Positions 29,568-39,577 of a stretch of DNA of 64,000 nt are shown here, piece by piece. Each line of letters opens with the position of its first letter. Within the stretch, counting starts at the first letter, position 1. A model generated the notes under the pieces. The model was not told the origin of the DNA, did no database searches, and saw only the letters and a list, made by a program, of their open reading frames with translations. Source of the stretch: Candidatus Latescibacterota bacterium (GTDB lineage: Bacteria; Latescibacterota; CBDEFO01); the NCBI GenBank assembly GCA_965248755.1, contig OZ252149.1:2176001-2240000 (forward strand). The letters are read 5' to 3'. A program made the position numbers and the translations under genes.

Positions 29568-29689
29568 GATGCAAGCTAATAAGCTTGTGTCTTCGGTGTG
29601 ATCTGCTTCCTAAGAGATTCACCCAGATGCTCCTGGCCACAACGTGAAGAAAGAGGGATTGAAATATCTCTTATCTCTAGGGAGGAAAG

Positions 29690-30472
29690 ATGAAAGTTGA
29701 AAAATTACCCCGCCAGTTATTTGCCCTTTTCTGTCTTTTGATCTTCGGATTTCTAAGCTGCGGAGATGATGATAGCCCAACAGGGCCTGTCAACAACCCG
29801 CCTCAGATAAACTCCATCCGACCAGAGCGCGCTAAGGTAAGTATCCAGGAGACAATCGTCATCGTCGCGGAGGTCGTGGATGCAGAAAATGATCTCCTTA
29901 ACTACAGTTGGACCAGCGACGGAGGGACATTTCCTGAAGGATCTACGGCGGCTGAAGTAAAATGGCAAGCTCCTTTGCAGCCGGGAATATACATGATCAC
30001 ACTTACGGTGGGGGACGGGAAAGATCAGTCAACAAGAAGTAAAACAATAGAAGTAGTCTCAGGCGTCACAGAGCTTTCGATAGGCTCCACTCCCACGATA
30101 GATGCAAATCCTGGGGACAGTATCCAAATCCCTATCATAATGGATAATGTCGAACCTGTCCGTGGACTCCAGATGGACATAACTGCCGACATGAGCAAAA
30201 TAACCTTCGGTGACCCTGAGATGACCGAAAGGGTCCCGGATGGTTTTAATATAGCTTCCAATATTATAGAACCGGATACGCTCAGGATAATACTCTTTCC
30301 AATCCCTGACGAAGTAATACCGCCTGGGTCAGGTCCTATAATAAATATCCCCGCTGTAGCAAAAGAAGTGCCTGTGGATATATCCTTTGTTCCTGACGCG
30401 ACGTTCGCAAGCGATGCGTCAGAGCCTCCCCTTTCCATACCGCTGAATCTGACTAACGTCAGAATCGAATAA
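29690..30472 (+). CDS. Lipoprotein with Ig/PKD-like and cohesin-like domains
   Basis: FLSC lipobox, NNPP.I..D.E.D.L.YSW...W.AP...G.Y, PGD...IPI..N...V.GLQ.D...I.PGSGPI. Confidence 0.7.
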   Translation: MKVEKLPRQLFALFCLLIFGFLSCGDDDSPTGPVNNPPQINSIRPERAKVSIQETIVIVAEVVDAENDLLNYSWTSDGGTFPEGSTAAEVKWQAPLQPGIYMITLTVGDGKDQSTRSKTIEVVSGVTELSIGSTPTIDANPGDSIQIPIIMDNVEPVRGLQMDITADMSKITFGDPEMTERVPDGFNIASNIIEPDTLRIILFPIPDEVIPPGSGPIINIPAVAKEVPVDISFVPDATFASDASEPPLSIPLNLTNVRIE

Positions 30473-30522
30473 CCCAACCGGAGAATAAACGGAGTTTTTC
30501 CCAGACTTGCTACCAGGTAGTC

Positions 30523-31038
30523 ATGTCGAAATGTAAATTAAATGAAACGGACTCTCTCTCCGATCAGATGACTTTCGAGTTTCCGGGCGCGGATGTGACG
30601 AAGGATCAGATGTTAGATGTTCCTTGTAGCTATTGTTCAAAGCTTGTCCAGATGCCCGAATGGTACGTCAAGCATGGACTGAAGCTCCATTTTTGTGACA
30701 GCGAGTGTTTCGAGAAATGGAAAAGGGAGGCGGATAAGGAGTCCCTTATCCGTTTAGACGGGCACCCTGACAAAAGAGGGGGGAACTGGGAATCGCAGGC
30801 TCAACAGGCAAGAGAAAGGGACCTTTACACTTGCCAAACATGCGGTGCCACCGAGAAAGAATTGGGAAAGCAGTTGGACGTGCATCACATTCTGCCATAC
30901 CGGATGTTCAAGTCGAACGTGGAAGCGAACAGGCTGGAGAACCTGATCTGTGTGTGTCACTCCTGCCACCGGAAAATAGAGGCCGAGACGGACCGTTCGC
31001 TGCCGCTCTTTGCAAAACCTAAAGGCGAAAGAAAGTGA
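30523..31038 (+). CDS. HNH endonuclease with N-terminal zinc-binding motif
   Basis: CSYC..FCD.EC; RD.YTCQ.CG, LDVHH, N...NL..VCHSCH. Confidence 0.85.
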   Translation: MSKCKLNETDSLSDQMTFEFPGADVTKDQMLDVPCSYCSKLVQMPEWYVKHGLKLHFCDSECFEKWKREADKESLIRLDGHPDKRGGNWESQAQQARERDLYTCQTCGATEKELGKQLDVHHILPYRMFKSNVEANRLENLICVCHSCHRKIEAETDRSLPLFAKPKGERK

Positions 31039-31150
31039 GATTGCTTCGTCAGACAGGAGGTCTGACCCACTGTGCTTGGTAGTAGGATAGACATTTTCGT
31101 CTGTCCTGTTCAAGCCCAAAGCCAGTCACATTATTACGAACGCCCTAAAC

Positions 31151-31221
31151 TGTCATTGCGAGCCAAGCGACCCCGAAGGAGCCCCCGATAGATTCAATCG
31201 GGGGGAAGCGGAACCAATCTC
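31151..31221 (+). repeat. GTCATTGCGAG...CAATCTC REP-like element carrying the short palindrome
   Basis: Same ends as copies at 47447 and 58069; core CCCCGATAGATTCAATCGGGG. Confidence 0.75.
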
Positions 31222-31245
31222 ATAGAAAAGTCCAGGTGATAAGAG

Positions 31246-32462
31246 TTGATCGGAAGCATTCTAGGCACGCTGGCATTTGCAGGTTTTACGGTAGGAAGTC
31301 AATACTATATCTATCCCAAGGTGGTGGCTTTTACGGAGGGATACGGCAGCTTTAAAAGCCTGACCGCTACGTTTTTTGTCTATATGAATCTGCCCTGGTT
31401 ATTTCTGTTCTTCTGGAAAAATTCTCAGAATCTATTTCCCGAATGGACAATCTGGGCTGTGATATTTCCCTTTGCGGTGTGGACCACAGGATCTTTAATT
31501 CTTCTGCCCTTTCTGCTTCTAAACGATTGGGCTCTTTTAATCAAGGATGGTATCTTGAAGATAATTCGCAGGGGCAGTGCCAGCTTGCCCCTGCATTCAA
31601 GCGAGAGGAAATTTTCGCCTATAAATTCCCTAATCAGACGAAACTTCATCAAGAAACTCTCCTTCGGTGTGGCGTCTTCTCCTTTTATCTCTTCCACTTA
31701 CGGAGCCTTGCACCAATCTAATCTAAGAAGTACGATGTCACAAACGTTGAGGTAGAGCTTGACAACCTTCCTGATGCTCTTAACGGGCTTAAAATCGCTC
31801 ACGTAACCGACTTTCACTCGGGCATATTTGTGGACAAAGAAAACTTAGATGAGGTGGTCGCTATAACGAATGGGCTTGAGGCAGACATTGTAGCTCTGAC
31901 AGGAGATTTTGTATCTCATTCGACAAGGTATATCGCCCCTTGTGAGAAGGCTCTGTCCCGATTGAGGTCAAAATACGGCATCTACGGGTGCCTTGGCAAT
32001 CACGATCATTGGGTTGACCCCGAGGAGATAGCAGCGAGTTTGGAAAGATCAGGTGTCCGTATTCTGAGGAATGAAGCGGAGGTCTTGGATATTAAGGGGA
32101 ATAGGATCAATATAATAGGCGTGGACAACAGGACGAGAAGAGTGGACGATGAGATGGATACAGCTCTTAGGAGGGCTTCTCACGAAGATCCCAAGATCTT
32201 GCTCTGCCACAAGCCCTGGTATTTCCCTTATGCGGTCCAAAGGGGGATCGACCTGACCTTATCGGGGCACGTACACGGCGGTCAGGTCGTGCTTGAGTTT
32301 CTGGGTCTGAAGTGGTGTCCTGCGATGCTGGTTACAGAATATATAGAAGGGCTATACAGGAAGGGAAAGAGTCATCTTTATCTTTCAAGAGGAGTGGGCG
32401 TGACGTGCACTCCGGTCAGGCTGAACTGCCCCCCTGAGATTGCGCTTATAAGGTTAGTGTAG
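31246..32462 (+). pseudogene. Membrane-anchored metallophosphoesterase (YkuE-like), frameshifted by 5-bp duplication
   Basis: TM N-terminus, RRNF, then AATCTAATCT at 31715-31724; downstream frame has TDFH, TGDF, GNHD, LCH.P, SGH.HGGQ. Confidence 0.85.
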
Positions 32463-32468
32463 TGCTAA

Positions 32469-33214
32469 ATGAGAAGATTAGCGTTTTTCGTAGCAGCGCA
32501 GTTGTGGGTAGCAAATATGACGTGGGGACAAGACTATAACCCTGAGGATTTCCTGCCCTTGGCGGTGGGGAATAGTTGGACCTATAGTCACAGCTACTTC
32601 AATGATCTCGATTTGATCAAGCCTGAGATCGATCCCATACCGGACTCACTGAGGGTTGCACTTACTGAGGTAACGATCACAATTACACATACCGAAGAGA
32701 TTGACGGGCACACCTATTATGTGTTCAGTGACCTGGGGTATGACTTTCCGCGGGCGCCCTATTTCTTTCTAGCAGGCAAGAAGGTTCGGTTTGCTGAGGA
32801 TGGTCGTCCGATGGAGCGCTCGCAGGATACCGAGCTCTCTCTCTATAATTTTAGCCCTGACATCGAGGGGCTCTATGCTATTCCAGAACATAACGGCGAC
32901 ACTATGGTAAGAAGATCCATTGAAATTTTCGCTGTTCCTTTTATATCTTTTATTTTTTTAGGCCACGAACAAGCGTACGACCAAAGAGATGCAAATTTTA
33001 TCCAATTCTTTGGCATGAGACGATCTCCCGTAGCATTTATTCTTTCAGACGTCCCTTCTTTAAAGAATGACCTGAGAGCATTGTACGCAATCATTGACCG
33101 TAAGCGTATCGAAGAACAGGATCGATTCGCCCCTCGGCTGTGTCATCTCACACCTGGGGTCATATAAAGCAGCAAATTTTCCTCAATTTAGCAATCCAAG
33201 GGAGAATACCTTAA
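32469..33214 (+). CDS. Secreted protein; C-terminal TWGxIK motif lies in the -1 frame (called ORF ends at 33167)
   Basis: Signal peptide, DFLPLAVGNSWTY; -1 frame from 33131 reads PSAVSSHTWGHIKQQIF. Confidence 0.65.
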
Positions 33215-33257
33215 ACGACACTATATCCCCTTACAGGTAGTATCCCATATCTCTTCA

Positions 33258-33290
33258 GCCGCCTTTTAACCTTCCAAAGGCGGTTTCTTA
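33258..33290 (+). terminator. Candidate terminator
   Basis: AGCCGCCTTT...AAAGGCGGTT followed by T-rich sequence. Confidence 0.5.
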
Positions 33291-33373
33291 TTGTCTTTTT
33301 TAGATTTGACATATGTCCTTGATTTCACTAATATAATAGAGATTTAACAGGGTGTCTTGAAGATAGGAGCAAT

Positions 33374-36300
33374 ATGAGAGATATAGCGATAAGGATCATA
33401 CTGTTAGCTCTTGCAGCTCAGACGCTCGTCTGTGGATTCATATCGTTAGCACTATCTGATGAAGTCTTGGAGGCTATAGCAGAGGGCTACGCTCCGGGTG
33501 AACTGATTGTGAAGCTCAAGGCGGGAAGTGCCAAGATGTCGTCCCAGGCGGCAGTGGAGTGGGACAGCATGTCTGAGAAATTCAAAGTGTTCTCTCAGGA
33601 GGAACTCTTCCCGCGCTATGGAAGCGGGAAAGGGATCGGCAAACCTGTAGTGGGAGGATTGGACTATATATATAAGCTGAGGATGGATGTGTCATCTGAT
33701 GTTGAAGATGCCATAGAGGAATATGAGAGTCAAAGCTATGTCGAATACGCTCAGCCCAACTATCTGAATCGCTATCACACAGCTCCTAAAGATCCAAAAT
33801 ATAAGGATCAGTGGGGCTTGAGAGCTATCGGCTGGGAGAAAGCGAGGGGGAAATTCTCAAGAGGCGGAGGCGTGATCATAGCAATAGTAGACTCAGGCGT
33901 GGATTACAATCACGAGGACCTGAAAGATAATATATGGATTAACCTCGAAGAGGCATCAGGAAGTGAGGGCGTTGACGACGACGGGAACGGATATGTAGAT
34001 GACATAAGGGGATGGGACTTCACTGACGCCCCTACACTTCCGGGAGTAGGCGACTACTTGGAGCCAGACAACGATCCGATGGACGAGTCGGGCCACGGGA
34101 CGCACGTGGCAGGGATAGCTGGAGCTGTGGCGGACAATAATCTGGGGATAGCGGGGGTCTGCCCAGATTGCAAGATTATGGCGTTGAGAGCGGGACTGAA
34201 CCTGAGCCTGGGAGCCTTCCTTGAGGACGACGATGTAGCCTCAGCCATAGTCTATGCGGCAGATAATGGAGCAGATGTGATAAACATGAGCTGGGGAGAC
34301 CCCAGGCCCTCTCCTCTTATGAGGGACGTTATAGAGTACGCATATCAGTTGGGCGTAGTATTAGTAGCATCTGCCGGGAATGAAGCTGCGGAGGGTCTCT
34401 TCTATCCAGCGGGGTTCGACAAGACTATAGCTGTAGGGGCGATCGATGTGAGGAGCCAAGTGGCTTCCTTTTCCAATTTTGGATGGAACTTAGATGTAGT
34501 CGCCCCGGGGGTTGCGATCATCAGCGCGGGTCTGGGAGGAGGATACGTTCTGCTTTCCGGAACATCAATGGCGGCTCCTTTTGTATCGGGCCTGGCGGGA
34601 CTTTTGCTTAGCCAGGATCCCGGGCTTTCGCCGGAGGAGCTGCGGATGGCCGTAGCTTCGTCTGCGCTCGATATTCAGTCCCCGATAGATTCAATCGGGG
34701 AGGTATGGGACGCCCGCTCAGGATCGGGGGCAATAGATGTCGAAAAGGCACTTTCCCAGAATTCTCCATTTACAGTTCGAATATCCAAGCCAGAGACTGG
34801 AGGAGGAGCAGACTTGGGCGCGGCCATAGTGGGGACAGTACTGGGAGAAGGCGTCGCTTCTTACGAGGTAAGCTGGGGCAGGGGAAGCGATCCGAAAAGC
34901 TGGAATAAATTGTTCGAAGCTCCGGGAACGACATCTCTGGAAGATACCCTGACCTTCTGGGATACGTCGAGGCTTGAAGGTTCACTCTATGTCGTGAGAT
35001 TGAGAGCGTTCCTAATAGATGGATCGGCAGTGGAGGACAGGATAGTCGTCAGGGTGGATCACAGTGCCCCGAAGATAAGGGATGTCTCCATAGCCAAAAG
35101 GTTGGACGGGAACAAATTTGCCTACTTTGTGGAATGGAGGACGGACGATCCGACGACTGGAACGCTGACATTAACTCGTAACGGACAATCGGGAGATCCA
35201 GAAATTGTGGGAGCGCCCAATCAGACCGATTTTCATTCCGTGAGGATACCCGATGAGATAGAACCTGGGGATTATTCCTTTTTTGTGTCTGCTCAGAACC
35301 CAGGAGGGCTTTTGTCCTCAAGTTCGAGGGGAACTGTGACCTTGGAAGGAGAAAATATCAGGCAGGGGGGATATTCACAAGCGTGGTCTCTGCCCGACGG
35401 ATATCTGTCTAACGGGACGTCGGACTTCGACAACGACGGGAATATGGAGATAGCACTGATGCCCTATACGGACAGCACGTACGACATTACAACAATCTAT
35501 GAGGTGCAGCCAGACGGGTCCATCGCCAAAGAATTTTCAAGCAGGAACCTCTTTCTTCCCTGGAACATAGGGGATATAGACAAAGACGGTAAGCTTGAGC
35601 TGATGGGCGTCGACTCTGCAAGGCTCAGGATATTTGAAGGAGATCGTACAAACTCCTTTCCGACGAGGAAGATATGGGAGGCAAAGGATATGTGGGGTGG
35701 AGAATTGGGCGATATAGACGGTGACGGACAGTATGAGATCATAGCTCGTTCCAACATAGAGAGAGCCTTAGTCGTCTTTGAAAGCGATGGGGACAATTCG
35801 TTCAAGACTGTGGGATCACTAACGAACTTTACGAGCGGCGAAAACCAGATCGGGCCGCGCTTTGTGCTGGGAGACTTCGATGGCGACGGAAAGGGAGAGA
35901 TCTTAGCGGGCGATTCGGACGGAGACGTGTACATATACGAAAGCAGAGGGGACGATCTGTTCAGAAAGACGTGGTCTGAGAGTGTCCCTCATTCTGACGC
36001 CAGGATCATCGGGGGAGGAAGCGATATAGATAAAGATGGGAAGATAGAGTTTATAGTCGGCAGGAGGTTCACAGATCCTTTCGATCCAAGAGGGAGCAGG
36101 TGGAGGATCTCCGTCTACCAATCTACCAAAGATGACAGCTACGAGGTCGAATGGCAGCAGGAGATATTGGGGGTTCAGTCTCCGGGAAATGGAATATCTA
36201 CCGGAGATTTTGACGGGGACGGAGAGGACGAGTTTGCAGTATGCGCACTTCCGAACCTCTATCTATTCGATAGTAAGGCCCCTGACAGCTACAGTCCTGT

Positions 36301-37585
36301 ATGGTACATAGATGTGGATCTGACGTTCCTCCCCGTTATCGGCGACCTCGACAGAGACGGTCTTCCAGAGGTGATGTTCAACAGGGACGGGGCTGTAAGG
36401 ATATACGAGATGGACGCTCCAAAAGGCGGAATCTCTCCGCCGGGGGGATTGATTGTCTCTGTGGTGGATTCCACAAGGGTTAGACTATCCTGGGAGGGAG
36501 GAAGCGGATCGTATAGAGTCTACAGAGGTAGAAACAGAGATGATCTGACTCTGATAGCGGACGGAGTCTCGGATTCCTTCTACATAGACGCTGGGCTTGT
36601 GACCGATGTCACATACTTTTACGCTATCTCGTCTTTAGATTCTATTGCGCCTCCCTCTGAGGGGCGATTGTCGGACATCATAGCTGGAGTGGCCAGTGCT
36701 GCGCCGAGGCTGATTTCGGCTAGCGCTATAACCAAAAACCATATCGAGGCGATCTTCAATGAACCTTTGGGACCTTCGGCCAAGTCACCCGGACACTACA
36801 ACGTATCAGATAAGATAGGATCTCCGAGTTCCGCTGTCTTAGATAGAGAGGGGATGAGAGTCGTCCTGGGATTTGAGAATCTAATTCCTCCAGATTCGGG
36901 CTACGTTTTGGAAGTCACGGGTGTAAGGGATCTGTTCGGCTCAGAGATAAAAGATCACAACACAGTCTCCTTCTCCGTCCTGAAAAGAGAGAATTCAACT
37001 GTACAGATTGCCTCTTTACAGACCCTCTCACGCACGAAAATAGAATTATCCTTCAGCGACAAGATAGATCCCCTTTCCAATAAAGTCTCTCTCTATTCGA
37101 TACGGAGTGGTCGCAGCACATCAGATGGGATACTGATAGAGTCAGCGGAGGTGGATTCTTCGGATAGAAGGAAAGTGATACTGACTCTAAGCCAGGATAC
37201 GCCCCTTCTATCTTACGGCCAGACATATGTGCTCTCGGTCGATAATCTAAAGGATGAATCGGGCAGGATCGTATCCGACGCTGAAACTATCAGGATGGCA
37301 GCCGGTGATATTAATAATGTAGTTGTTTTCCCAAATCCCTTCAGATTGCTGAGGGTCGGACGGTCCGAGCTCATATTCGGGAACTTAGCGCAGAGTGCGA
37401 CGGTCACAATATATACCTCGGACGGTTCCCTATTACGGACACTAATCGATCAGGAAGGAGACGGCGGAGCCGAATGGGATGGCAGAAATGAGAACGGAGA
37501 GACCGTCGGATCGGGTATATATCTATATATAGTAGAAGACAATGGGGACATAAGACGAGGTAAATTTGCAGTTGTCGGAGAATAA
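33374..37585 (+). CDS. Secreted S8 subtilase with FG-GAP repeats, FN3/Ig-like domains and FlgD-type C-terminal domain
   Basis: IAIVDSGVD, GHGTHVAG, SAGN, SGTSMAAP; GD.D.DG repeats; FPNPF...WDGRN..G..VGSGIY. Confidence 0.93.
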   Translation: MRDIAIRIILLALAAQTLVCGFISLALSDEVLEAIAEGYAPGELIVKLKAGSAKMSSQAAVEWDSMSEKFKVFSQEELFPRYGSGKGIGKPVVGGLDYIYKLRMDVSSDVEDAIEEYESQSYVEYAQPNYLNRYHTAPKDPKYKDQWGLRAIGWEKARGKFSRGGGVIIAIVDSGVDYNHEDLKDNIWINLEEASGSEGVDDDGNGYVDDIRGWDFTDAPTLPGVGDYLEPDNDPMDESGHGTHVAGIAGAVADNNLGIAGVCPDCKIMALRAGLNLSLGAFLEDDDVASAIVYAADNGADVINMSWGDPRPSPLMRDVIEYAYQLGVVLVASAGNEAAEGLFYPAGFDKTIAVGAIDVRSQVASFSNFGWNLDVVAPGVAIISAGLGGGYVLLSGTSMAAPFVSGLAGLLLSQDPGLSPEELRMAVASSALDIQSPIDSIGEVWDARSGSGAIDVEKALSQNSPFTVRISKPETGGGADLGAAIVGTVLGEGVASYEVSWGRGSDPKSWNKLFEAPGTTSLEDTLTFWDTSRLEGSLYVVRLRAFLIDGSAVEDRIVVRVDHSAPKIRDVSIAKRLDGNKFAYFVEWRTDDPTTGTLTLTRNGQSGDPEIVGAPNQTDFHSVRIPDEIEPGDYSFFVSAQNPGGLLSSSSRGTVTLEGENIRQGGYSQAWSLPDGYLSNGTSDFDNDGNMEIALMPYTDSTYDITTIYEVQPDGSIAKEFSSRNLFLPWNIGDIDKDGKLELMGVDSARLRIFEGDRTNSFPTRKIWEAKDMWGGELGDIDGDGQYEIIARSNIERALVVFESDGDNSFKTVGSLTNFTSGENQIGPRFVLGDFDGDGKGEILAGDSDGDVYIYESRGDDLFRKTWSESVPHSDARIIGGGSDIDKDGKIEFIVGRRFTDPFDPRGSRWRISVYQSTKDDSYEVEWQQEILGVQSPGNGISTGDFDGDGEDEFAVCALPNLYLFDSKAPDSYSPVWYIDVDLTFLPVIGDLDRDGLPEVMFNRDGAVRIYEMDAPKGGISPPGGLIVSVVDSTRVRLSWEGGSGSYRVYRGRNRDDLTLIADGVSDSFYIDAGLVTDVTYFYAISSLDSIAPPSEGRLSDIIAGVASAAPRLISASAITKNHIEAIFNEPLGPSAKSPGHYNVSDKIGSPSSAVLDREGMRVVLGFENLIPPDSGYVLEVTGVRDLFGSEIKDHNTVSFSVLKRENSTVQIASLQTLSRTKIELSFSDKIDPLSNKVSLYSIRSGRSTSDGILIESAEVDSSDRRKVILTLSQDTPLLSYGQTYVLSVDNLKDESGRIVSDAETIRMAAGDINNVVVFPNPFRLLRVGRSELIFGNLAQSATVTIYTSDGSLLRTLIDQEGDGGAEWDGRNENGETVGSGIYLYIVEDNGDIRRGKFAVVGE
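34679..34701. repeat. Short palindrome inserted in frame in the S8 gene
   Basis: TCCCCGATAGATTCAATCGGGGA, the reverse complement of the copy at 47459-47481. Confidence 0.85.
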
Positions 37586-37834
37586 CAGTCAAAAAGTAGA
37601 ATTAGACAATGAGATAGCCTCGCGGTTTGACACCTCGCAAGGAGTAAAGGTCAAAGCCAAGCAATCTGGTAGACATTAGACAGAGTAGACCTTCTCCTCC
37701 CTGTCTAAAGAGAAAAGGAGAAAGACTGTTCAGACAGAACGAACGATAGTCCACAGAGGCAGTGCGGCTTCTCTGCGCCAATGCTAGAACATCCAAGAGA
37801 TTTTAAGATCGAACGAAGACGAAAGAATAAAAGG

Positions 37835-38437
37835 GTGACAGAGGAAAAAAGATGTTCTTGGACAGGTAGTGATCCGTTAATGATTGAATATCACGATCTG
37901 GAGTGGGGGGTGCCTGTTCACGATGATAGGATGTTGTTTGAGATGATAACTTTAGAAGGGGCCCAAGCAGGCTTGACGTGGTCAACTATTCTTAAGAGAA
38001 GAGAAACTTATCGTAAAGCATTTGATAATTTTGATTCTGCTCTTGTTTCACAGTATACCGAGAGCCATGTTACACGATTACTACATGATAAAGGAATTAT
38101 TCGCAACAGGTTAAAAGTTCGCTCTGCAATTTGTAATGCTCAACTTTTCTTGGATATTCAAAAGCAATTTGGTGCTTTTGACAAATATATTTGGAAATTT
38201 GTCAACTATCAACCCATAAGAAATGAGTTCAAATCACTTTCGGACATACCTGATAAGACCGTGGAATCTGATGCCATGAGCAAAGACCTGAAAATGCGAG
38301 GTTTTAAATTCGTTGGGCCCACAATATGCTATGCGTTTATGCAATCAGTAGGCATGGCAAATGATCATGCTGTTGTTTGCTTCAGGTATGATGAGATAAA
38401 TGAACTGGTAGAGAATTCAAGAAACTGTAAGAAGTAA
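37835..38437 (+). CDS. tag: DNA-3-methyladenine glycosylase I
   Basis: RC.W...YHD.EWG, LEGAQAGL.W..IL, IIRNRLK, FKFVGPTI.YAFMQ..G...DH...C. Confidence 0.95.
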   Translation: MTEEKRCSWTGSDPLMIEYHDLEWGVPVHDDRMLFEMITLEGAQAGLTWSTILKRRETYRKAFDNFDSALVSQYTESHVTRLLHDKGIIRNRLKVRSAICNAQLFLDIQKQFGAFDKYIWKFVNYQPIRNEFKSLSDIPDKTVESDAMSKDLKMRGFKFVGPTICYAFMQSVGMANDHAVVCFRYDEINELVENSRNCKK

Positions 38438-38481
38438 TGATAAAGTAGGAATTTACCTACAAAAGACACAGGAGAAACACC

Positions 38482-38910
38482 GTGGCAATAGAGGGAAAGA
38501 TAGCCAAAATAATCGACAGCAGGACGGTAATATTGAGCGTAGGATCTGAAAACGGGGTCAAAGACGGCATTGTCTTTGCCGTCCTCGACGAGGGAGATGA
38601 AGTAAAAGATCCCGATACTGGAGAGTCCCTGGGAAAGTGGGAGATCATCAAGGGGCAGGTAATGGTTACAAACACGCAGGAGAAGATGTGTACGGCTAAT
38701 CCTCCTCCCAGGGAAGCTACCGAGGAAAGTTCAGGCAGTTCGGGATGGCGTCCCTTGAGTTCTGTGATGATGGAGATCTCTAAGGGACCCCAAGGTGGAG
38801 CAGAGGGCGTAGAAGAACTTAGCGTTAATACTCAGGACATATCAGGAAGGCCCAAACTCAACCCTGTGGCTGTCGGGGACAGAGTCAAGAGCATGGGACA
38901 GGAGACGTAA
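38482..38910 (+). CDS. Hypothetical beta-barrel protein (FlgT C-terminal-like)
   Basis: GK.A.I....V..S.G...GV..G..F...GDEV.DP.TGESLG, VGD.V. Confidence 0.6.
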   Translation: MAIEGKIAKIIDSRTVILSVGSENGVKDGIVFAVLDEGDEVKDPDTGESLGKWEIIKGQVMVTNTQEKMCTANPPPREATEESSGSSGWRPLSSVMMEISKGPQGGAEGVEELSVNTQDISGRPKLNPVAVGDRVKSMGQET

Positions 38911-39023
38911 ACTCCGTGCGAAAGTTTACCCCAGAACTTTTACTGGGCAGGGATGTCCTGTCTATTGGGCGAGGCAACTTCGCCTCTACATACTATTTAC
39001 TGTCTACTGCTCCTAAAACAGGG

Positions 39024-39548
39024 ATGGGTAGGATTGCCCTGTCTACTGTCTACTGTCTACTGTCTGCTGTCCTTTGCGTCCTTTCAGGGTGCGGAATCTA
39101 TTCGATGTCCAGTTCTTCCTACGCTCACATCAAGACGGTGGCGGTGCCGCTCTTTGAGATCTCAGATGACCAGAGCGTTGAGTACGGTGTAATAGAACAG
39201 TTGACAGATGTGGTGATTGACGGCCTGGTGGATGATGGGAGTCTTAGGGTCGTAGACGAAGATAGAGCCGATTCGATAATACGGGGGGTAGTGCTGAGGA
39301 TAAAAGATGAGCCGTTTACCTACAGCGCAAGGGAAGAGGCTCAAAGTTTCAGGATTCGCATCTTTGCCCAGATCTCCTATTTTGACGAGAAGAAGGACAA
39401 AGTGCTCTGGGAGGAAGAGGTCCTGGAGGGATGGGGAACGTACAGCGCCGAGTCGGGTGATAGCCAAGATGAAAGGGAAGAGGGGAAATTGGCTGCTATG
39501 GAGATGTTAGCCAAGGATATCATAGACCGCACTGCCTCAGGCTGGTAA
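39024..39548 (+). CDS. lptE: LptE-family LPS assembly lipoprotein
   Basis: LSGCG.YS lipobox, HIKT.AVP.F, LT..V, ADS...G, LWE, LA.DI......W; start uncertain (GTG 38916 or ATG 39024). Confidence 0.8.
   Translation: MGRIALSTVYCLLSAVLCVLSGCGIYSMSSSSYAHIKTVAVPLFEISDDQSVEYGVIEQLTDVVIDGLVDDGSLRVVDEDRADSIIRGVVLRIKDEPFTYSAREEAQSFRIRIFAQISYFDEKKDKVLWEEEVLEGWGTYSAESGDSQDEREEGKLAAMEMLAKDIIDRTASGW
39039..39070 (+). repeat. Tandem heptamer (CTGTCTA)n
   Basis: CTGTCTA x3 plus CTGTCTG; related heptamers near 5091, 5781, 49506, 58031 and 63750. Confidence 0.8.
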
Positions 39549-39577
39549 TTTGAAGAAATGACTTACGGCACAGGATT

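Noticed and set aside
30523..31038. HNH gene as an intron or prophage marker
   Set aside because: No interrupted host gene, intron structure or phage genes nearby
35420..36375. Repeated GD.D.DG coding motifs
   Set aside because: Ordinary FG-GAP calcium-binding repeats of the protease
37605..37780. Hairpin-rich intergenic region as a possible riboswitch
   Set aside because: Ends (GAGATAGCC..CTCGCAA, GCAATCT) match degenerate REP copies; no known aptamer consensus recognised
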